Assembly (NCBI GenBank): GCA_963725785.1 | Contig: CAVRZV010000009.1 | Coordinates: 1,667-65,666, forward strand | Length of the DNA stretch: 64,000 bases | Reading direction: 5' to 3' | From: an uncultured Bacteroidales bacterium | Lineage (GTDB): Bacteria; Bacteroidota; Bacteroidia; Bacteroidales; VadinHA17 | In this document: positions 10,301 through 17,862 of the stretch, piece after piece | Position numbering within the stretch: position 1 is the stretch's first letter | Layout of the letters: each line of letters begins with the position of its first letter | Program-made: the position numbers and the translations under genes | Notes under the pieces: model-generated | What the model was told of the DNA's origin: nothing | Database searches by the model: none | Seen by the model: the letters and a program-made list of their open reading frames with translations, nothing else

Positions 10301-11550
10301 TCGGAGGAGCCACAGGTACTGCTACTGCTATACCAGCCGGAGGTACAGGTGTTTATACATATTCGTGGAATACCATACCTGTTCAGCCTACGGTAACCGC
10401 GACAGGACTTTCAGCAGGTACCTATACTGTAACTGTTTCAGATGGAAATAGTTGTACTGCAACTGCCAGCGCAATAATTACCCAACCTGCAACGGCCTTA
10501 TCCGGAAGTATTACCGCTCAAACTAACGTTTCGGTTCCTGGTGGTAATAATGGAAGCGTTACCGTTTCCGGTTCAGGAGGTACTTCTCCATATCTGTACA
10601 AGCTTGGTGCTGGTGTTTATCAGGTTTCAGGTACTTTTGGAACTCTTACAGCAGGATCGTATACTGTTACTGTGCAGGATATTAACATGTGTGTTTTTGA
10701 TGTCCCAGTAACAATTACGCAACCGTCAGCTACTGTATCTGGAAGCTTTACTCAAACAAATGTTTCATGTTTTGGTACTTCAACCGGTAGTATTACAGCA
10801 ATCGGCTCAGGTGGCGTACCGCCTTATGAATATAGTCTGGATGCCGTAACCTTTCAATCTTCAGGTACTTTCGGATTATTAGCAGCAGGTGCATACACAG
10901 TAACAGTCCGCGATGCTGTTCTAAGTACATTCGGTATGAATGTTACAATAACTCAGCCAGCATCACCGGTAGGAGGTTCAATAGCTTCTCAGATCAACGT
11001 TCTCTGCTTTGGAAGCAACACCGGTAGCGTGACCGTAGCCGGGTCAGGTGGATCATCTCCATATCTGTACAAGCTGGGGACAGGGTCTTATCAGGCTTCA
11101 GGAACCTTTGGTACTCTTACGGCAGGAGCTTATACAATAACAGTTCAGGATATAAATCTCTGCACTTTTAATGTTGATGTAACAATTACGCAGCCTCTTA
11201 CTGCTCTGACCGGAAGTATAACCACACAGACTAGTGTTTCATGCTCCGGAGCAGCAGATGCTTCGGTTACTGTGGCTGGTTCTGGTGGAAATTCTCCTTA
11301 CATGTACAGTCTGAACGGAGGAATATATCAGGCGTCAGGTACATTTAACAATCTTGCAGGTGCAGGATATACAATAACAGTGCAGGATGCAAATATGTGC
11401 ACGTCAAATGTTACAGTTACAATTGTAGAACCTGCAGTAATTTCAATATTAAGTGATGTTGTAAATGCCTCCTGTCCTGGTGTTTCTGATGGTTCAGTTA
11501 CTCTGACAATCAGCTGGTGGCACACAACCTTACAGTGTGATCTGGAATGA
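1..11550 (+). CDS. Giant repetitive SprB-like cell-surface adhesin; 5' end lies outside the window. It is the body of a T9SS type-B cargo whose sorting domain sits in the next ORF.
   Basis: Frame 1 is open from nt 1; the track's M at 127 is an internal GTG inside a repeat. The protein is rich in T/S/G/A/V/N. It consists of successive ~88-98 aa Ig/PKD-like modules with conserved Cys pairs, then SprB-type units (C.G...G......GSGG.PY.Y) at 10261-11515. Confidence 0.85.
   Translation, partial: [3849 protein letters not shown]
4684..7323 (+). repeat. Tandem array, 264-bp (88-codon) unit, 10 diverged copies (ANAG.DQ...C.L....L.AN.P..G.G.W....G.GG......STF.G.AG..Y.LRWT..N.PC..S.DDV.ITF)
   Basis: The ANAG codon block recurs at 4684, 4948, 5212, 5476, 5740, 6004, 6268, 6532, 6796 and 7060, exactly 264 nt apart. 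Protein copies are clearly homologous but heavily substituted. Confidence 0.9.
7591..10260 (+). repeat. Tandem array, 267-bp (89-codon) unit, 10 copies with scattered substitutions ([43 protein letters not shown]...)
   Basis: The unit starts at 7591 and 7858 and continues every 267 nt to 10260. Antisense ORFs in the track recur at multiples of 267. Confidence 0.95.
10261..11515 (+). repeat. SprB-type repeat region (about 6 units of ~80 aa)
   Basis: Recurring pattern ITQP....G.I....NV.C.G...GS.TV.GSGG..PY.Y.L......SGTF..L.AG.YT.TV.D...C. Confidence 0.7.
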
Positions 11551-11938
11551 TAATATAACGATACAGGACCGTACTGACTTTTCAGATGGTGCTTATAGTG
11601 TAATTGTTACAGACAAAAATGGCTGTAATGCACGTCTCGATGTTGTTGTTGGGGTAACAGGTTCTATGCAATGTATTGAAATACCAACTATAATTACTCC
11701 AAATGATGATGCAGTGAATGATACCTGGAAAATTAAGAATATAGATCTGTTCCCGGATGCTGAAGTGTTTGTGTTTACGCGTTGGGGGAAACTTGTATTC
11801 AACAGTAAGAACCTTGCCGCTAACCAATGGGATGGTAAGTATCAAGGGAGACTATTGCCAACAGATTCATATCATTACGTATTACACCTTAATGACGGAT
11901 CGAAACCAAGATCAGGTGTGATAAGTATAATACGCTAA
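11537..11938 (+). CDS. T9SS type-B (gliding-motility-associated, CHU_C-like) C-terminal sorting domain; frame-shifted continuation of the 1..11550 ORF
   Basis: IITPNDDAVNDTW.I.NIDLFP.AEV.VF.RWG..VF........WDG......LP.DSY.YV........RSGVISIIR matches the type-B CTD pattern. Frame 2 is open from 11507. Removing t11515 restores ...TLTISGGTQPYSVIWND... Confidence 0.85.
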   Translation: MIWNDNITIQDRTDFSDGAYSVIVTDKNGCNARLDVVVGVTGSMQCIEIPTIITPNDDAVNDTWKIKNIDLFPDAEVFVFTRWGKLVFNSKNLAANQWDGKYQGRLLPTDSYHYVLHLNDGSKPRSGVISIIR

Positions 11939-11966
11939 GAAATGTAATATTTAGATTTATATATAT

Positions 11967-12968
11967 ATGAGGTATTTAAGAGGTATATTGTCAGCAATCG
12001 TTTTGACTTTCAGTTTTGGAGCAGTATTTGCACAGACTGAACCTATGTACAGCCAATATATTATGAATGGATTTTTGATAAATCCATCATTCGCAGGTCG
12101 CGACGGCTATACTACTGTAAACCTGACAGTCAGAGAACAGTGGGTTGGAATGTCTGGAGCTCCGAGCACCTACGCTGCAAGTTTTCAGACCCGAATTCTC
12201 AAAAACAGTTTTATTTCGAAGTCAACAGCAGTAAGAAAGAAGATCATAAAGCCAACAAAGGGAGGAAAAGTAGGACTTGGCGCTTACATATTCAACGATA
12301 ACAATGGTATTATGCGACGTACCGGAATGCTGTTAGCCTATTCCTATCACATTCCCATGGGCAAAACCGGGGGGATTCCCAATGACCTTTCATTCGGACT
12401 TGCATTAAAAGCTTATCAGTTTAATGTAAATTTGAATGGAGCGATTCTGGACAATCCGGATGACGATTTTTTGAATTCATACGACCGGACTAAATATTTT
12501 CCTGATTTTAATTTTGGAGCCAGTTTCACTACAACCAAATATTATGTCGGGTTTGCGATGACCAATATGTTAAGAGGTTCGCTAGTGTTTGCCGATACCT
12601 CCAGAACGAAAGGGAATGAACTTGGTGGTTTTTATCTTACAGGCGGATATAAGTTTCCATTATCTGCTGATTGGATCTTTGAACCTTCAGCCTTCATTAA
12701 GGCGTCCGATATGCTACTGACTTCAATTCAGATGGATTTGACCGCAAGAGCCTATTATAAGGAGGATTACTGGGCCGGAGTATCGTGGAGAACAAATGAT
12801 GCTATTATAATGATGATGGGTTTAAAATATGACAGATTCTACTTTGCTTACGCCTTTGACTTCACACTGACTGATATACGGAAACAAAGTTTTGGTACTC
12901 ACGAGCTTTCATTCGCAGTCAAGTTTGGTGAAAGTGCAAGAAGGTACCGATGGATAAATGCATATTAA
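11967..12968 (+). CDS. PorP/SprF-family type IX secretion system membrane protein
   Basis: Signal peptide (..FGAVFAQ). N-terminal hallmark MYSQYIMNGFLINPSFAG. C-terminal beta-barrel ending THELSFAVKF. It lies directly downstream of a type-B CTD gene. Confidence 0.9.
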   Translation: MRYLRGILSAIVLTFSFGAVFAQTEPMYSQYIMNGFLINPSFAGRDGYTTVNLTVREQWVGMSGAPSTYAASFQTRILKNSFISKSTAVRKKIIKPTKGGKVGLGAYIFNDNNGIMRRTGMLLAYSYHIPMGKTGGIPNDLSFGLALKAYQFNVNLNGAILDNPDDDFLNSYDRTKYFPDFNFGASFTTTKYYVGFAMTNMLRGSLVFADTSRTKGNELGGFYLTGGYKFPLSADWIFEPSAFIKASDMLLTSIQMDLTARAYYKEDYWAGVSWRTNDAIIMMMGLKYDRFYFAYAFDFTLTDIRKQSFGTHELSFAVKFGESARRYRWINAY

Positions 12969-12975
12969 GTTTCAT

Positions 12976-13006
12976 AAAAAAGCTGATATAAAATCAGCTT
13001 TTTTTA
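12976..13006. terminator. Rho-independent terminator-like hairpin with an A-tract and a T-tract (bidirectional form)
   Basis: aaaaa-AGCTGAT-ataaa-ATCAGCT-tttttt lies 8 nt after the PorP/SprF stop. Confidence 0.7.
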
Positions 13007-13103
13007 TTTCACAGAGGTATAGTGGCCCCTGAAGGTTTTAATTTAGTTGAATCATGTCATTCTGATGAATTAAGAAGGCGGTCTTATCTAATAACGGAAC
13101 GTT

Positions 13104-14135
13104 ATGTCAAAAAGATGTTTTCCAGATATAACAATTGTTTTAATTCTTCTGATCTTAATTTTAGACAGAGGTTTTTCCCAGTCTCCTGAACCGAAGCAGG
13201 TAAGGATTATGTTTTATAATGTGGAAAACCTTTTTGATATTTATCACGATTCCCTGAAGGAGGATAATGACTTCCTTCCTGGTGGATTGATGAGGTGGAA
13301 TTTAACAAGATACAAAAAGAAAATAAGCTCCCTGGAGAAAACAATCGTTGCCGCAGGAGAGTGGAATACTCCATCGGTTATAGCATTTTGTGAGGTGGAA
13401 AACAGGAATATTCTGGAAGATCTGATTAATAATACCTATTTATCAAAATATAATTACAGAATTATCCATGAGGAATCACCGGATAGAAGAGGCATTGACG
13501 TCTGTCTTATATATAAATCCAGTGATGCCGATGTTCTTTATTATGTGTATTGGATCCCAAAAGAAGTTGATCGAATGAATTTCAATTCAAGGAGTGTATT
13601 GTACACAAAACTTAAAATAAGTGCTGATACAGTCCACCTTATTGTGAACCATTGGCCTTCAAGAAGGGGAGGTGTGCTGGCCGGAGAAAGTAACCGGCAA
13701 CAAATTGCATCTATGGTGAGGCAAAAAGTAGATTCCATTATTAAAAGCGATTTGTCAGGACCGAGAATTATTATTTTAGGTGACTTCAACTGTACTCCTG
13801 ATGATAAGGTTATAAAATCATTGATTTCATCTACAGACACTTCAAGTAATCTAATAAACCTTTCGGAGTCCTCTGGAGACAGGGGCCTTGGAACATATCG
13901 ATATTCCGGGACATGGGAAATGGTTGATCAGGTAATTGTTTCTGGCAGCCTTTTGTCAGGTAAAAAGGGGCTTTATACAGAACCATGTCTGATGCAGATT
14001 TTTAAACCTGACTTTCTTATGAAGAAAGATCCCAAATTTCCGGGATCAACCCCGTTTTCAACATATAAAGGATATAAGTATCAGGGTGGTTTTAGTGATC
14101 ATCTTCCGATATTACTTGATCTTAAGATCAGATAA
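13104..14135 (+). CDS. Endonuclease/exonuclease/phosphatase (EEP) family protein, secreted
   Basis: Motifs [25 protein letters not shown] and FSDHLPI; N-terminal hydrophobic signal. Confidence 0.8.
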   Translation: MSKRCFPDITIVLILLILILDRGFSQSPEPKQVRIMFYNVENLFDIYHDSLKEDNDFLPGGLMRWNLTRYKKKISSLEKTIVAAGEWNTPSVIAFCEVENRNILEDLINNTYLSKYNYRIIHEESPDRRGIDVCLIYKSSDADVLYYVYWIPKEVDRMNFNSRSVLYTKLKISADTVHLIVNHWPSRRGGVLAGESNRQQIASMVRQKVDSIIKSDLSGPRIIILGDFNCTPDDKVIKSLISSTDTSSNLINLSESSGDRGLGTYRYSGTWEMVDQVIVSGSLLSGKKGLYTEPCLMQIFKPDFLMKKDPKFPGSTPFSTYKGYKYQGGFSDHLPILLDLKIR

Positions 14136-15567
14136 CTCCTTCTACCGGAGTTAATCCGAGTTCCACGCCTTTATCAATCATCAGTCTTCTTGCAGCTTCA
14201 TGTTCATTAGGAATTATTCCATCAAGTATAGCATCTCTTATAGCATTTTTAATAATACCAACTTTTTTCCCGGGTTTAATTCCAAAAGTCATTATGATCT
14301 CACTTCCATCGACAGGAGGCTGAAAATTTCTTACTGTATCTTTTTCTTCAATCTCTTTAAGTTTAACCCTTACAAGTTTAAAATTTTCAAGATGTTTCGA
14401 TTTTTTTTCTTCATTTTTTGATGTTATATCTGCTTCGCATAAAACCATCAAATCGTCTATGTCATCACCGGCTTCAAAAAGTAATCTCCTTATAGCTGAA
14501 TCTGTTACAGTATCCTGCGACAACACTATTGGCCTAAGATGAAGATCTATTATTTTTTGTACATATTTCATCTTCTCATTCAACGGAAGTTTAAGCTTTC
14601 TGAAAATATCGGGAATCATTTTTGATCCAATATATTCATGCCCATGAAACGACCAGCCTGTTTCAGGCAGATATTTTTTCGTTACAGGCTTGGCAATATC
14701 GTGAAGTAGCGCAGCCCATCTTAACCAAAGATTATCGGTATTTTTACTAATATTATCAAGAACTTTTATAGAATGATGAAAATTGTCTTTATGTGCTTTT
14801 CCCTCTTTTGTTTCTACACCTTTTAGATTATCAACCTCAGGTAAAATAATTTTAAGCAAACCTGCTTTTTCAAGCAGGATGAACCCTTTGGAAGGATGTG
14901 TACACATAATTATTTTATTTAGTTCTGCGACAATCCTTTCAGATGAAACGATACTTATCCTTTCAGCATTTTCTTTTATTGAATTGAATGTATTTTGTTC
15001 AATAGTGAAATTTAACTGGGTGGCAAACCTTATTGCTCTCAACATCCTTAACGGATCATCAGAGAATGTCTTGTCGGGCTCAAGCGGTGTTCTGATTATT
15101 TTTTTCTTCAGATCATCAATTCCGTTAAAGGGATCTAAAAACTCTCCAAAGGTCCTTTTATTTAAACTTATAGCGAGAGTATTAATGGTGAAGTCCCTTC
15201 TTTTCTGATCATCCTCAAGAGTCCCATCCTCCACAACAGGTTTTCTGGAACCTCTGTCATAAGACTCCTTTCTGGCTCCGACAAACTCAATCTCATATTC
15301 CTTGCTTCTGAACATCGCTGTTCCAAAATTCTTAAATACACTTACTTTTATTCTGGGATTTATCTTTTTTGCTGCTTTAAGTGCAATTTCAATACCGCTT
15401 CCGACAACAACAATATCAATGTCCTTATCAGCATGGTCCCGTTTAAGCAGGCAATCCCTTACCCAACCACCAATAACATAAGCCTGTACATTCTCAGAAC
15501 TAACTACTGAGGAAAGAGTATCGAAAATTTTGTCATTAAGACATATATTCATATATAGATATGACAA
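14128..15567 (-). CDS. cca: CCA-adding tRNA nucleotidyltransferase / poly(A) polymerase family protein with an HD domain
   Basis: GGWVRD...DKDIDIVV nucleotidyltransferase motif, RDFTIN, and HD-domain residues (HHSIKV...LLHDIAKP). Confidence 0.8.
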   Translation of the reverse strand: MSYLYMNICLNDKIFDTLSSVVSSENVQAYVIGGWVRDCLLKRDHADKDIDIVVVGSGIEIALKAAKKINPRIKVSVFKNFGTAMFRSKEYEIEFVGARKESYDRGSRKPVVEDGTLEDDQKRRDFTINTLAISLNKRTFGEFLDPFNGIDDLKKKIIRTPLEPDKTFSDDPLRMLRAIRFATQLNFTIEQNTFNSIKENAERISIVSSERIVAELNKIIMCTHPSKGFILLEKAGLLKIILPEVDNLKGVETKEGKAHKDNFHHSIKVLDNISKNTDNLWLRWAALLHDIAKPVTKKYLPETGWSFHGHEYIGSKMIPDIFRKLKLPLNEKMKYVQKIIDLHLRPIVLSQDTVTDSAIRRLLFEAGDDIDDLMVLCEADITSKNEEKKSKHLENFKLVRVKLKEIEEKDTVRNFQPPVDGSEIIMTFGIKPGKKVGIIKNAIRDAILDGIIPNEHEAARRLMIDKGVELGLTPVEGVI

Positions 15568-15703
15568 TTTGTTAAATAATCATGACAAAGTTACAATTAA
15601 TACCCAATTATGGACGAATTTCGATAATTACCGTTTATTGGCATAATGGTTGTCATAAAGTAAACAAACATGAATTACTGATGTTTATTAAATAAAAACT
15701 ATA

Positions 15704-16064
15704 ATGATAGAACATTTAACAAAGGAAACATTCCTGAATAAAGTATTCAACTATCGAAGTTAATAAGGAATGGAAATATGAAGGTGAAAAGCCTTGTATT
15801 ATTGATTTTTATGCAGACTGGTGCGGACCATGTAAAGTTGTTGCTCCGGTTCTTGAAGAGCTGGCAATAGATTTTGATGGCAAGATTAATGTATTCAAGG
15901 TCGATACTGAGGCAGAACAGGAACTTGCATCGGTATTTGGTATAAGAAGTATCCCTTCATTTTTATTTGTCCCTTCTACAGGTCAACCACAGATGGCAAT
16001 GGGAGCCCTGCCGAAAGAAACATTTGTTAAAGCATTCAAAGATGTGCTTGGTGTAGAAAAATAA
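15704..16064 (+). pseudogene. trxA: Thioredoxin-family protein interrupted by a 1-nt insertion near 15755; not present in the ORF track
   Basis: ATG at 15704 gives MIEHLTKETFLNKVFNY, then a stop at 15761. The frame starting at 15756 reads EVNKEWKYEGEKPCIIDFYADWCGPCKVVAPVLEEL...IPSFLFVP... and ends at taa 16062-16064. The WCGPC active site is intact. Confidence 0.85.
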
Positions 16065-16214
16065 TGCGTTCGTCAAAAAAAAGTGACATTTTAGTAAAAA
16101 TACGCCAAAACGCGAAACATTATATATCACATAATCGTTTAAGAATCAGAAGTTAGTTAGTTAGGTTTTTTAAGGGTTTTTCATAGATTTAGGTTTAGGG
16201 TAGTAAAGTAGCAG

Positions 16215-16234
16215 ATCAGGACTTCGGTCCTGAT
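16215..16234. terminator. GC-rich hairpin between the convergent trx and xseB genes
   Basis: ATCAGGAC-ttcg-GTCCTGAT: perfect 8-bp stem with a TTCG tetraloop, abutting the xseB stop. T-tract is weak. Confidence 0.45.
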
Positions 16235-16240
16235 TTGCAT

Positions 16241-16438
16241 TTATACCAGGTCCTTAAAAATACTGTTAATCTCTTCTTCGGTCGATTTCAATTTTTTCTG
16301 ACATTGCTTAATCAGGTCAGAAGCACGTTTTACCTGAACAGATAACTTGTCAATATCCAGCTCTCCGCTTTCGATATTATGAAGAATGTTCTCAATCTCA
16401 ATTACTGCATTATTAAATGAAAATTCCTTTTTTGTCAT
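16241..16438 (-). CDS. xseB: Exodeoxyribonuclease VII small subunit
   Basis: 65-aa helical protein (F..A..ELE.I...LE.GEL.......Y.......C...L). It lies immediately downstream of xseA. Confidence 0.8.
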   Translation of the reverse strand: MTKKEFSFNNAVIEIENILHNIESGELDIDKLSVQVKRASDLIKQCQKKLKSTEEEINSIFKDLV

Positions 16439-16479
16439 ATTATGAGTTTTAAATTGTTATAAACATAATTCTCCTCTTA

Positions 16480-17862
16480 TCACTTTCCTTTCCTCTTCTC
16501 TATCACCTTACTTTTAAATGATCCATTATAGAGCTGTGTCTCAATCATATCATCTTTTTTAACCTCATCACAGCTTTTCAAAATCATACCATTAAGCGAA
16601 GTAATGGAGTATCCTCTCTGAAGTACATTTTCCGGATTTAGAAGACTCAGAGAGCTCTCAAGTCCGGACAACATCAGTTCTTTCTTATTAAGTAGATTTA
16701 CTGTACTGGCTATCAGGCTCTGGCTATTCCTACTGAGCGCTGATTCCTTACCTGATGAAAAGGTTTTTACAGCTAAAGAAAGTCTCGATTCGTGATTTGC
16801 CGGAATAAGGGCTGCTTTAAAAGTAAACTCCTTGCCAATTTTTAAGATGTCAATAATTTTTCCTGAAAGATCATCTTTTATACCAGACAACAATATTCTT
16901 GTCAGGGGCAATAATCTGATACCGGCTGTATCAATCGAGTTTCTGTTCTTCTCAATAATTATCCGGGAAAGGTCAATTATCTCTGAAGTCATCCTGATAA
17001 TCAGGTTATCTGTTACTGATACACAATCAATAAGAAAATCAGCTACTGCAGTTGGTGTTTTCAGTGATTTGTTAGCGACCATATCTGTCACTGACATATC
17101 CTTGTCATGTCCAATCCCTGTAATTACCGGCAATGGAAACTGGGTGACATGGTAGGCAATATTATAATTGTCGAACCAGCTAAGGTCAGTTTGTGAACCA
17201 CCTCCTCTGATTATAACTACAAGGTCAAACAGGTTGGCGTTTAAAGCAATTTTATCGAGTGCGCTTATTACACTTTGTTCTGTTTCTGTTCCCTGCATTG
17301 ATGTTTCAATCAGGGCACAATAAAACACATATCCAAAACTGTTTCCATTAAGTTGGTTAATAAAATCTGAATATCCGGCTGCATTTTTCGAAGAGATAAT
17401 AGCAATTCTTTGAGGAACGACAGGGAAATCCAGTTCCTTATTCATTGAAAATACCCCTTCCTGTTCAAGTTTTTTTATTATAATCTGACGTTTCATCGCC
17501 ATTTCCCCGAGAGTAAAAGCAGGATCGATATCTGAAATTATAAGACTTAACCCATATAATTCGTGGTATTCAACCTTTACTTTTACAAGTATTTTGAGTC
17601 CTTCCCTAAGTGATTCACCTGTACTGTTTTCAAAAAATGCCTTTAGGAATCTGTACCTGTTACTCCATACTATGCCTTTTATACGTGCCCTTACATTTTT
17701 CTCATCAGGATGCTTCTCAATTAGTTCAAGGTAGCAATGACCTGCATAATTCTCTTTTAACTCCGCAATTTCGGCAATTACCCAAAATGCTTCAGGTAAA
17801 GAAAGATACAAGGAATCCCTTATGATCAGTTGTAACTCAGTCAATGACAATTTTTCAGTCAT
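16480..17862 (-). CDS. xseA: Exodeoxyribonuclease VII large subunit
   Basis: OB-fold N-terminus (...FWV.AEI.E......GHCYLEL.EK), central RGGGS motif (IIRGGGSQTDL) and PVITGIGH. Confidence 0.9.
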   Translation of the reverse strand: MTEKLSLTELQLIIRDSLYLSLPEAFWVIAEIAELKENYAGHCYLELIEKHPDEKNVRARIKGIVWSNRYRFLKAFFENSTGESLREGLKILVKVKVEYHELYGLSLIISDIDPAFTLGEMAMKRQIIIKKLEQEGVFSMNKELDFPVVPQRIAIISSKNAAGYSDFINQLNGNSFGYVFYCALIETSMQGTETEQSVISALDKIALNANLFDLVVIIRGGGSQTDLSWFDNYNIAYHVTQFPLPVITGIGHDKDMSVTDMVANKSLKTPTAVADFLIDCVSVTDNLIIRMTSEIIDLSRIIIEKNRNSIDTAGIRLLPLTRILLSGIKDDLSGKIIDILKIGKEFTFKAALIPANHESRLSLAVKTFSSGKESALSRNSQSLIASTVNLLNKKELMLSGLESSLSLLNPENVLQRGYSITSLNGMILKSCDEVKKDDMIETQLYNGSFKSKVIEKRKGK

